From NCBI RefSeq assembly GCF_009914755.1, contig NC_060933.1: a stretch of 64,000 nucleotides of DNA. One strand, 5' to 3'. Under the pieces are notes generated by a model. It was not told the origin of the DNA, did not search any database, and saw only the letters and a list, made by a program, of their open reading frames with translations. Below are positions 1 to 15,184 of the stretch, piece by piece. The first letter of the stretch is position 1; the number at the start of each line of letters is the position of its first letter. The stretch comes from the human T2T-CHM13v2.0 reference genome, Homo sapiens. The position numbers and the translations under genes were made by a program.

Positions 1-59
1 TACAAAAAGCAACAACAAAATTCCCAGTGTTCTAGGCAGAGAATTATTAATAAAAGACT

Positions 60-490
60 GTGATATGTAAACATAAATGTTCATGGCAGCATTACTCATA
101 ACAGTCAGAGTGGCAACAACCCAGTGTCCATCAACTGCTGAATAGATAAACAAAATATAGTCTCTCCTTGGGGATTATGTCAGCAAGGACAAGGAATGAT
201 GTGCTGATACATGCTACAACATGGAGGAACCTTGACAACATGCTTAGCGTAAAAAGCCAGTCACAAAAGACCACATACTGTATAATTCCACTTCTATAAT
301 ACATCCAAAACAGGCAAATTTGTAGAGATGGAAAGTCAATTTGTGTGGCCTAGGGTGGTGAAAATGTTCTAAAATCGGTTGTAGAGAAGGTTGCATAACT
401 GTGAATATACTAACACCAAGAATTTGATGCTTTAAATGAGTGAATTTTATAGTATATGAATTATATCTCAATAAAGTTGTTACATTAAAA
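60..490 (+). mobile_element. Old L1M-type LINE 3' fragment
   Basis: Degenerate L1 3' motifs (aatgttcatggcagcatt...aacccagtgtccatcaac; ...gaattatatctcaataaag) ending in an A-rich tract. Subfamily not resolved; boundaries approximate. Confidence 0.7.
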
Positions 491-559
491 GAAGAAAGAT
501 AGGTTCACAAAGGCCAGGCAATGAAAAAGAAAAAAAGAAAAAGAAAAAATAAAAGGACT

Positions 560-1258
560 GGGTGGTCTGTTGGATACAGTGGTCAGGAAAGGCTTCTTTG
601 AAGAGGTGACACGCACGCTGAGAGTTGACTGGCAAGAAGGAGGCAGCCATGTGGAGATAGGGCAGGGGAGCAGCCCATGGTGAGGGAGCAGCTGGGGCAG
701 ATGCCCTGAGGTGGGAACCAGCTTGGGGTTTAAGGAACAGGAAGGCAAGTGTGGTTGGGGTAGAGTAAGCAAGGGGCGAGAACATGAGGTGAGAGTGGGG
801 AGGTGGGCTAGAGTGTGGGATCTGGATTTTATTTATAGTGCCAAGGGAGACTGTGGGAGGATTTTAAGTGCTTTAAAGGTAAGCCTACTGCCATATGGAG
901 GATGGATTGTAACAAGGCAAGAGTGGAAGCGGGGAGACCAGTTAAGAGGCTGCCACAGTTGTCCAGGTGAGAGTTGGTAGTGGTTTGGTCTGAGGGTGTG
1001 GTGAAGGTAGCATCCAACATGGAATGAGCACTGGTATGTCAAGCACTGTCCTTGCACTTTACATATATTAACTGGTGTAAGCCCTGGCTCTGCCACTTAC
1101 TAGCAGGTTAGCCTCTAAGAGCCTCTAACTCCTCCGTTATAAAATAAAGATAATGACAGAACCACCTTACAGAGTGGTTGTGAAGAGCATAATGAGGTGA
1201 TGCAACCGTATGATGTGCTTGCCCAGAGTCTAGTACATAGTGAGTGCTCAACAAATGG
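560..1258. mobile_element. L2 fragment followed by a MIR fragment
   Basis: L2-like gtggtcaggaaaggcttctttgaagaggtgac...; MIR-like ctggctctgccacttactagc...gtacatagtgagtgctcaacaaatg. Boundaries approximate. Confidence 0.55.
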
Positions 1259-1269
1259 TAGCTGCTATT

Positions 1270-1582
<313 letters not shown>

Positions 1583-1768
1583 TATAGCTGCTATTATTAA
1601 TTCTCCATAGATTTAAAATTTCTCCTAAACTTTTTAATTCTCACTCTTTCAACCATAGGAAAAACACAGAGACACAAAATTCCCCCTCCCTCCACCTCCA
1701 GCTCCAGTGTGCTAGCCATTAGCCTTCTACAGTCTTTCCCCAGGAAGTCCAGGGACTCATTCCTCTGA

Positions 1769-2023
<255 letters not shown>

Positions 2024-3297
2024 TGAGCTGCTGCAAGACGTAAAGTCTCCAGGAGGGTGGGGATGACAGAAGGGAGAAGCCAGGGTGACCACCCAGTTTC
2101 TGATGTGGGAGACCCAGGGTAAGGATGGTGTCATTGCCTGAATGAGGCTCACAGTAGAAGCAGGTTTGTGAGAAAACAGCAGTTTGACATGCTGCATTTG
2201 AGTTACCTGTGGGGCCCCAGGTGACTTTCCCAGGTGGAGACATCCAATGAGCAGGTGGATCTGAAGCCTGCAGAGGCAAATGTGGAGGTATCATTGATTT
2301 CTTCCCAGTGGAAATGCTGTGGGTAGGACAGGTCACCCAGGCAGGGGGCCTGGGGCTGAGCCACTGCCTCATTGACTGGGCTTTCACAGGGCTTCAGCCC
2401 CAGTGGTCCCTGAGCTGGGAGCTGTGGGTCTACACAGAGAGGAAGGAAATGAGCCGCAAGGAGAGTAACTAGGTCAGCAGCTATGCAGCCCTCCTTCTGA
2501 GCTCTGGTTCCTGTTTCTAGGGTCTCCAATGATCAGGAGACCCTGCCCAGAGGCCAAGGGCCCCAAATACAGGTCTGGAGCCCAGAGCGATGACCTTAAA
2601 GTCTAGATCTGAGTCCAGATCCAGACTTATGAACCCAGGCTTTGCAGCCCGGGCCTTGGAATCCTGAGCCCAAGAACCCAGAGCCCAGTCCTGCCCATTT
2701 GTGTGCTAAGAGTAGAGATGGCTCTTTGCTTTCTGCCAGGTTCTGGGCCAGGATCAGGACTGGGCCAGCTTGCCCTAATGACCATCCCTCCTGGCAATTT
2801 GAGGCATTTACTGCAGTTTGAGGCAGTGGCAGGGGCCTGTGTCTTTCGACTACTGTCTTCCCTGCACTGTGCTCCTACCAAGGAAGGGACTGCGGCACCA
2901 TCCCTCTGGTGCTGGCTTGGCCTGTTCCCCACCATGGCCAGGGAGGCAAGGGCTGGGAGTGTGGCTGGCCCTGTAATTGTAGCCAGCTGGGGGAGAGGGT
3001 GGACTTGGCTATAAATACTCAAAAGGCTGCTAAGCGCCTGCAGCTGTGGCCCAGAGGCTGTGGTGGGCTTGAGGGGAGGGAGGGAGTCGGGCGTGGTCTG
3101 AATCTCTTTGCTGAGCCCAGCTAGTTGGCCTCAAGGAGGAGGAAGGAGGAAGCATAATTTGTGGAATAGATAAAATGTGTTCTTAATTTTCTGAGGAGAG
3201 AGACCCAGGTTGAAGCTGGCAGAGTTGGACAACCCTCCAGGAGGGATGATGGTCATTCTTTGGGGGAGGAGTACAGCCATGACACCATGAGGGTGGT

Positions 3298-3554
3298 AGA
3301 CATGGGTGGGAGCCTGCCCTGCCCACTCTGATCCAGGGAGGTAAGCATCTCCCATAGTTTCAGTTCCCCTCAGAGAAGGGTCAGACATGGGTGGGAGCCT
3401 GCCCTGCCCACTCTGATCCAGGGAGGTAAGCATCTCCCATAGTTTCAGTTCCCCTCAGAGAAGGGTCAGACATGGGTGGGAGCCTGCCCTGCCCACTCTG
3501 ATCCAGGGAGGTAAGCATCTCCCATAGTTTCAGTTCCCCTCAGAGAAGGGTCAG
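3298..3554 (+). repeat. Minisatellite, 85-bp unit x3, identical copies
   Basis: catgggtgggagcctgccc... recurs at 3301, 3386 and 3471; diverged partial at 3556. Confidence 0.97.
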
Positions 3555-5099
3555 TCATGGCTGGGAGAGCTGGGCTGTGTGTATCTGGGGACCTACGTCT
3601 CTGAGGACCTGAGAAGGGACAGGTGGGGGCTGGTGGGTACTTGAGTGGATTAGAGGTTCCCGTGAAATTGCCATCTGACCCTATCAGCCAAGTGATTCAT
3701 GCAAAACAAAATCCTCTGGGCATCCCTACTGCCCTTCCTCTGTGAGCTGCAGACTCCCTGCCCTTTCCAAATGGCTTCCCCACAGAGGTCTGGACCTCCC
3801 TGCCCAGGGAGCTCCCATGATGGGTGTCAAGAGCCCAAAGAGTCCAAGGCCAAAGACTGTCTTTCCCTAACTACAGGATAGATGGGAAACTGAAGCTCAG
3901 AAAGGCAAAGGCCTTGCCCAAAGTCATATAGGGAGTTAATGACAGAGCTGGAACTAAAACCAGGTCCCCTAACTCCCAGGGGATGGGGTGAAGCCAAGAA
4001 GAGAACCCAAGCTTAATTTAGGAAGGAGAGAGGGAAGAGAGAGAAAAAGAGCTTTTTTGTGCTCTGCCTGCAGAGGGTAGAGGTGAGCTAGGTAGTGGCA
4101 AAAAGGCACTGGGCTGCAAGCGGATAGGGGAGAAAATTTGGGAGCAGGTATGGGGTCACAGCAGGGGGAAATCTGAGCTCCACATGGTGACAGCAGCCAA
4201 AAAGGAGCCAGGGAAGGGCCTACTGGCCCTGCACTCACCCCTCCCCATCCCCTTTACAGCCCTGGCCAGACCAAGGTAAGGCTGGGGTAGGTGTCAGTGA
4301 GCAGTGGGCACAGGTGGCTGAGAGGATGGGGGCCCAGGAGCACAGCGAAGGCAGGAAATGGGGAAATGGCAACTGCCCAGCCTGCCCCAGCACAGCCCTC
4401 ACCCCCCTGCCTGGACAGCAGGGAGGGTGGGACTGGTGCTGGTCTGCCAAGGAGTTCTCAGGACCTGTGGGTGACACACACTCCAGTGTCCAACTTATAA
4501 TGGAAGGATTGGAGTGCTTTGCAGGTAGGGTGTTGGGTCATAAACTCAGGATCTGGTCTTCTAAAGGACAACCTCAGCCAACGACACCTGGAGTCACATG
4601 GACTATTCCCTCTGCCCTTATGGGTCTCTTGACACTCTTCCCAACCCTGGGTATGTCTGACACAGCAGGTCTCGCCCCAAATAGCACCCACTGCCAACCT
4701 GACCTGAAGGCATCAGGTGAGAGGACTAGGTGAGGTCCGGGCCCCTGAGGCTCTGTCCACAGCCCCTCCCTCCCCAAACACATACCCATTAGCTCCTTGA
4801 TAGGTCTCGGCCAGGGACCTTCCCATGGTAAGGATGGTGCCAGCAGTCAGCCCCCCGCCTTCGCAGAGCTGGATTTCCCTGGCCTGGAAGGTTGTTCCCC
4901 TGAGGGTCAGGGAATGGATGCCTTTTCCCACTCCCACAAGCATCAAGACCCCATGTCCATCTGAGGTTCAAGCCAGAGCTGGACTCCTTTTTGCAAGCTG
5001 TCAGCTGAGCCCCTGTGTCACCTAACCCGAGTTGGGGAATGATCGTGTCAGGGAGAGGGGAGGCAGGGATCCAGAATTTACTGGGCAGGGGAGGGGTAG

Positions 5100-5294
<195 letters not shown>

Positions 5295-5500
5295 GGGGCT
5301 GGCCTCAGTCTCTGTCCCATCGCTTGAATACAGTACTCCTAGGGCTTGACCCTGGTACCCAGCCCAGCCTTAGCACCCAGCATGTGACCCCACTCCTGAT
5401 CAGGTCCCAGCATCTTCCCTTCTTGTTCTGTTCCTTAAGGTCCCAGCACCTTACCCCAGGACTTGGTCTTCAACCACCATTACCCCTCTAACTTTGCACA

Positions 5501-5506
5501 AATAAA
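5501..5506 (+). terminator. DNAI1: DNAI1 polyadenylation signal AATAAA
   Basis: Canonical hexamer about 205 nt after the stop codon. Confidence 0.85.
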
Positions 5507-5596
5507 CCTGTGTAGAAACCCACCCCACACCTTTAATTGTGCTACCACAGGGCCCTCAGGAAGAGAAGAAAACCTCAGGGTAGAGCCATAGTTCCA

Positions 5597-5602
5597 TTTA
5601 TT
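5597..5602 (-). terminator. ENHO: ENHO polyadenylation signal AATAAA
   Basis: TTTATT on +, 400 nt downstream of the ENHO stop; a second hexamer, ATTAAA(-), lies at 5532-5537. Confidence 0.85.
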
Positions 5603-6002
5603 ATCCAGCAAACACTGGGAGGACCAGGGGAGGGGCCCAGCCTGGACACCCTCCTATTATTGCCATGGGTTCCAGTTTGCTTCCCCAACCTAGAGGGCCT
5701 AGAGGTGCTCAGCCTAGGGAAAGAGTGGACCCGGCCCCTGACCCTTGGCCCTTGGGATGGAGCATAGTCCAGATGGCCCTGGCTCTAGCACCAACTCATA
5801 AGCCCCCACCCCAGGCCCATCTCCTTAGGGCCACTGAGTTCCTATTGGAGCCAAGCTGGCTAGACTCTGGGCCGCTGGGTCCAGCTCCAAGCAGGCGGAC
5901 TCTTGAGTTCTGGACCCCAGGCTGGCTGAACTCTGGGATCCTAATTCCAGGCTCTAGGTGAGGTGGACTTAGGTCCTGGGCTCCAGGCTAGGCCAGGGGC
6001 CT

Positions 6003-6233
6003 TCAGGGCTGCAGCAGGTAGCTGCCTTCATGGCTGGGCTTCTGGGGTGGTGGGGCCTTCTCAGGACAGGGGCCAGGGCTGGAGTTGGGACTGGATTCAG
6101 AGAGAGAGTCAACGTCGGCAGAGCGAGAATGGCAGGCCCAGCAGAGGATGACCCAGAGCAGCAGCAGCAAGAAGCCCACGAGACCGTTGCAGACGATGGC
6201 GATGAGGGCCCCCTGGGAGATGGCTGCCCCCAT
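6003..6233 (-). CDS. ENHO: Adropin (energy homeostasis associated), 76 aa
   Basis: MGAAISQGALIAIVCNGLVGFLLLLLWVILCWACHSRSADVDSLSESSPNSSPGPCPEKAPPPQKPSHEGSYLLQP*; ATG at 6233-6231 in gtcATGG context; CDS lies within one exon. Confidence 0.98.
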   Translation of the reverse strand: MGAAISQGALIAIVCNGLVGFLLLLLWVILCWACHSRSADVDSLSESSPNSSPGPCPEKAPPPQKPSHEGSYLLQP

Positions 6234-6247
6234 GACAGGCAGCACCC

Positions 6248-6292
6248 TCAGACCAGCACAGACAGTGGAGCTGCCTCAATGGTGAGGCCCAT
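6248..6292 (-). promoter_or_regulatory. Upstream ORF in the ENHO 5'UTR (MGLTIEAAPLSVLV*)
   Basis: ggcATGG strong Kozak context; stops 14 nt before the adropin ATG. Translation is inferred, not shown. Confidence 0.6.
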
Positions 6293-6394
6293 GCCGAGGC
6301 AGGACTCTGGTATGGCCGGCCTTCAGAGGAGGCTGTGCTGTCTGCACGCTCAGTGATTCCTGGGCAGTGGAGATGTCTACCTGCAGTCCTGAGC

Positions 6395-7314
6395 CTGTTG
6401 GGGGTACACAGTAAAGGAGAGGGTGGTGAGGAGGAAGGGTGGGGTGAGGCCTAGGAGGAGAGAGGTAGGGAAGAGAGCCTCCCTCCCACATTTCTGGCCT
6501 CCCTGGTGAAAGACCTTGGGTCCCAACAGGCTCGAATACCCCACAGAGCCATCACCCCCATCCACAGGCTTGGTTCTGGCCACCTGAATGAGTGTGTAGC
6601 CACCGTGGGGAAGCTGCAGTAGGCAGCCGTCATCTCATTCTCCTTAGACCTGGTGGGCATGCCCTGGTCCTGCCCACCAAGCTTGCAGCCCTCAAAAGCC
6701 CTCTGTTGGTGGGTGGGATCCAGGAAGCCCCCAGCCCAAAAGGATGGGGGTTGTAAGCAGCTCTGGTGTGGCCTGGGCGCCTCCTCTCTCCCAGGACTCC
6801 AGCCAGCCCGACCAGGAGACCTCCAGAGGCGCCAGCTTGCACAGAGGGAACTTTGTGGAGGCCCTGGCAGGCATGTGCAGGCTCTGTGCGTCCAGGGCTG
6901 TGTGCCTCTATGTGGGGCTGCCTCTCTGGGTCAGGTGTGTGTGTGTGTCTGGTGTCTCACTGTCCCTCCGTTGGATGTGTGCCTGTGCCTCTGCACACCC
7001 ACCTCTGTGTGTGTGGCTGCCTCTCCGTGTGTCCCCATCTCTGAGTATGTCTCCTCTATGTCTCATTTCTCTACCAGTGTGTCTCTGTGTATCTCTGCAT
7101 CAGTCTCTGTGTCTCTCTCTCTCTTCCAGGCTGTATCCCCCTCTGTTCCCATGGACGTGTCCCTATCCCCTTCTCCGTGGGGTCTTTTCGGTGGTTCCTG
7201 TGTCTCTGTCTTTGTGTTCGTCTCTCTCCGCGGCAGTGTGTCTCTGTCTCTTTATCTCCATCTTCGGGTCGCGTGTTCTTGGCCCCCGTGCCCGTGGCGG
7301 GAGGCCCTTCTTAC
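6395..7314 (-). other. ENHO: ENHO 5'UTR intron
   Basis: Donor CAG|gtaaga at 7315/7314; acceptor cccccaacag|G at 6395/6394; contains an (AC/AG)-rich low-complexity tract. Confidence 0.8.
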
Positions 7315-7900
7315 CTGAGTTGAGCCTGGTGCGCGCCCGCGGGAGGGTCCGGGGCAGCGGGATGCTCGGCGCCGACTAAGGCTTGGGAGCCTGCGGGCGG
7401 GGGGCGGCGGGAGGTGGGAGACCAGCAGAGGCGACGTCCGCTCCCCCGGCCCTCCCCCTCGGCCGCGCAGCCTCCACCGGCCGCTCCCGCCGCGGCGCGA
7501 CCGGGGCGGCCTCTGCCGCGGGCGGTCTGCGGTGAGCGGGCACCTCCTCCCCTTGGGGCCGCACCTCCTCCGCGGCCGCGGCGCTCGCTCGCTCGGCAGC
7601 GCTCGGGCGGCGGCGGCGGGAGCTGCGCGGTGTTCGGCTGGGCTCGGCTGCGTTCGGTTGGGCTCGGCTGGGCTCGGCTACGTTCGGCTGGGCTCGGCCG
7701 GGCTCGGCGGCCAGCAAAAACAGCGAAGAGCCTCGCCTCCTGGGAGGCCGGCGGCCTGCGGCCCGGGGGCGGAGCCATCCCAGCGCCGCTGCCGCCACTC
7801 AATTGGCTGGCCGAACCCCGGTTCCCGCACCATTGGTGGTGCGCTGAGGTGGGGACCAGCCCGCCTCTCGTGCCGGCGCGGGGCGGGAGGAGGGCCGAAG
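7270..7900 (-). promoter_or_regulatory. ENHO: ENHO CpG-island promoter and non-coding exon 1 (3' end at 7315)
   Basis: Very high GC and CpG content; CCAAT boxes on - at 7802-7806 and 7832-7836; GC boxes near 7766 and 7880. TSS not exactly determinable. Confidence 0.85.
7632..7708. repeat. GC-rich 5/10-bp tandem repeat (ggctg-ggctc)n in the ENHO promoter
   Basis: gttcggctgggctcggctgc gttcggttgggctcggctgggctcggctac gttcggctgggctcggccgggctcggc. Confidence 0.85.
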
Positions 7901-10900
7901 GAGTAGCTGGCCCTGGATCCTTCCCGGGAGAGGGGATGGGGTGGGGGCAAGGCCTAACCTCTGGTAGGGATTTCTTGCACCTTCTACACCTGGAAGGGTT
8001 GTACACCCCACATCCGAGAAAGGCCAAGGCCTCTGCATTTCCACATGTGAGGAAACCACTCCTCTGTATCTGGGAGAGGTCTCTTAAGTAAGTCATCCGG
8101 AGGAAGGCCCCGCGTCCCCACACCTGGCAGGAGACTGAATCTCCTCACCTAGGGAACCGCCTATAGTGCAGTCCCGCACTTCCCTCTGCCACCTGGGTGT
8201 GGACTCTGCATTCCCACTTTAGAGGGCCCCAGGTTCCCTGGCCCTAAGAGGTGTGAAAATCTCTGGCAACACAGGTTCTTTGGACACATTTACTGAGTTC
8301 CTACCCAGTGTTGGTCGCAGGCTTGCTGCCAGGCTGTTGGGGAGTCTGGGACAGAAATGGAGTGTCCTGAGCGATGGTTCTGCCCTGGCTGGAATAGGTG
8401 CAGGCGTGGTGGAAATCCTGCCTTGCCATCCTAAAAGCTCCCCTAAGAAGAAGATAGCTTGGACAGGAGCAGTGAGGTAGACCTTGTCCTCCCCGACCTT
8501 CACAGGCCAGTGATTGTCACCTATTCTGATCCGGCCGTCTTCTCATCCCGCTCTACATGCTCTCCTTGGAGGATCACATCCCTGAAGCTATATCATGAAG
8601 ACTCCCAGTGCTCCCAAGTCTAGCCTTAACTTCTCTCTGGAATCCTAGACTCATATAACTAAGTGCCTACTGTAATCGGGGCAGTATTGATTCCTGGTTC
8701 ACTTACTAACTTTGTGATCTTGAGCAAGTTACTAAATCTCTCTTAGCCTCAGCTTCCTCATCTGTAAAATGGTTGTAATGCTACCTCTCAGGGTTGTTAT
8801 TCACTAATTTATAGCAGATCGATCACATCTCAGCAAATGCCAGCTGACACAACCCCCAGGACCATGTGACTAAGAGGCCCCTTCCCCCAATCCAATGCCA
8901 TGAAATTCACATAAGACCCCTGTAAATCCAGATGCTATCTTGAAAGAAGAAAGGGAAGACTGAGTCATCCAAAGCTACCAAAGTACTTAGAGACTGTCTA
9001 AAATAAATTATTGGATCCTATAGAGTTTACCAGAGTGGATTACTTTTAGCTCCCCCCCACTGCCCATTACCCAGCAGGGTGAGGGCATTGTGAGAAAGAT
9101 CAGCCTAGTTATAGGAAACAGAGGAGACTTAAATCATCGCACATCTGAGTGTAATGTGAGCGAATTTTGTGACCCAGCTGCAGGAGTTCAGATTTTATCC
9201 TGAAAACAGTGGGGAGCCACTGAAGAATTTTTGAGCAGAAGAGTAATGCGATCATATCCAGAAATTAGTAGGATGATTTGGGCTATGGTGTGGAATGGGG
9301 GCTTGAAAGCATTTGAGAGTGAAGGCAAGGATTAATAATAAGGGACTGAAATGATGGAAGGAAAAAGTTGTAGAGAGAAAAGGAGAGCATTGAGGATATT
9401 TGGGAGCTGCTGCTGGTGGGACTTAGAGAACTAGAGGATAGGGGAGGTAAGCAGGAAGGAAAAGTCTGGGATGACTCCCGGGTTAGTGACGAGGGATGCT
9501 GTGATGCCATTTACTGAATACACAGGTTCAGGAGAGAGGTCCAGGCTAAAGATAATATTTTGTGAGTTGTCAGCAAAAGAATGGTAGTTAAATGAGAAAA
9601 ATAGATGAGCTCACCCAGGGAGAGAGATAACTAGTTTAAGCAAAAAGATAAATTTATAATCAGATACGGAAACCTAAGGGCAAGGATGACTCAGGAACAA
9701 CTGAAACTAAGAGATCAAAAGCCACCCAGAAGAGTTCTCTCTCTACCTCTCAACTCTGTTACTTTCTGCCTGCCTCCATTTCCCTCCCCTGTCCCAAGTC
9801 CCTGTCCTCCCCATCCCCAGACTGACTTCCAATATGCTTCTAGACCACATGGTAAAAAACGGGACTTCAGACAATTCTAAAGTTTTAAAGCTTGTTGTGT
9901 AGGCATCCAAAGAGACTGGCTGCTGCCAGCTCCTCCTCATCCTCCTCATCCTCCTCCTTTCTTTTTTTTTTTTTTTTTTGGTTTGCAAAATTTTCAGGAA
10001 ATATTTTGATTCAACTTAGATGCTTACCTTTGGACTAATCAATGGTGGTCAAGGGATGAAGATCAAATTGATTAACATGATAACGCTATGGGCAGTGGGG
10101 AGGTGGAGGTGGTGGTTTCCAGGGGAAGCAGCATCATAAAGAAGCAAAATGGCAGGTGTCCATACAGTCCACCCTTTGTTTGCCCAACACATATACATCA
10201 TTTCCTATTATATGATTCCAAAAAGGCCCTCATCTACATAATCCAATCATCCCACGATACAAATGCCAATAAATTTGCCTCCTTTCCAGTGAAGAACAAT
10301 TCAGTGACACATCCAGCTGCTGCTTCTGGAGATCATAGCACAGATCAGGACCACTGTTCTTCAGATATAGGTTCTCCAGGTAATGTCCCTTCATGCTCTA
10401 GTGAGGTCTCCATGAGGTATGAAATGTGGCTTCTAATAATCCCACTACCTTTTAACTGCCTTTGAACTATCTTTAAACTACTCCCCCTATGAAAAAGTCC
10501 TGATATGTAGAGATACAAGAAATAGAGAATAAAATGGGGTGAAAAGGAAGCACTGTGCATTGGTCACTAATCCAGAACATCATCTACTGTAGATGTTTTT
10601 GGCCATGAGTAATAATGAAATGATAGGACTAGCAAATCTCATGGCATCTGTTTGTTGACTTGCTCCTTTGGCTGTGGAGTTCCTTGGTCGGCCAATCTGG
10701 CTGCCTTAATTTTTGCCCACAAGGTAGAGATCCCTTATCCAGTGTTTTGAGAGGGTCATTATGGAGGATTTCTCTGTGCGGCACTGTACTGATTAGCACT
10801 ACACCTTCTGGTGGTGTTTTACAGATTATCCTGGGATTGAACAACCACAGAGCTCTACACTTAGGAGGATTGGATAAGGGCTTTTCCCTCAATAGATTAT

Positions 10901-10966
10901 GCAATTATTTTAAAACCATAATCAGCTGCCTATCAATTTCATTTGGAGAAATTCCATCTGCTAATA

Positions 10967-11066
10967 ACATGTTTGATTGGTTCTAAGGTGTACTTTTTTC
11001 CCCCAGTTTAAACAAATATGTAATCAGAATGTGTCTTACAATTAATAGCATGTAATCATTTTTTCA
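10967..11066. mobile_element. MER104-like (TcMar-Tc2) non-autonomous DNA transposon, left half
   Basis: TA|acatgtttgattggttctaaggtg...gtgtcttacaattaatagcat resembles the MER104 consensus as I recall it; continues at 17543. Confidence 0.65.
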
Positions 11067-11305
11067 CCTCTTATTTTTTTTTCTTTTTTCTTTTTTTTAT
11101 TATTATACTTTAAGTTTTAGGGTACATGTGCACAATGTGCAGGTTTGTTACACATGTATACATGTGCCATGTTGGTGTGCTGCACCCATTAACTTGTCAT
11201 TTACATTAGGTATGTCTCCTAATGCTATCCCTCCCCCCTCCCCCCACCCCACAACAGGCCCCGGTGTGTGATGTTCCCCTTCCTGTGTCCAAGTGTTCTC
11301 ATTGT

Positions 11306-15121
<3,816 letters not shown>

Positions 15122-15184
15122 TATGATGTTAGCTGGTTATTTTGCTTGTTAGTTGATGCAGTTTCTTCCTAGCATTGATGGTCT

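Noticed and set aside
3298-3554. Tandem arrays (also 31736 and 40435) as CRISPR-like arrays
   Set aside because: No unique spacers or cas genes; ordinary eukaryotic minisatellites.
6653-8123. Several overlapping 140-270 aa ORFs over the ENHO intron and promoter
   Set aside because: Low-complexity and CpG-island DNA lacks stop codons; open in many frames at once.
9960-10960. Poly-T tract plus 1 kb of unique-looking DNA as a processed pseudogene
   Set aside because: No poly(A) signal, TSD or recognisable protein found; more likely an old retroelement interior. A Dfam/BLAST search would settle it.
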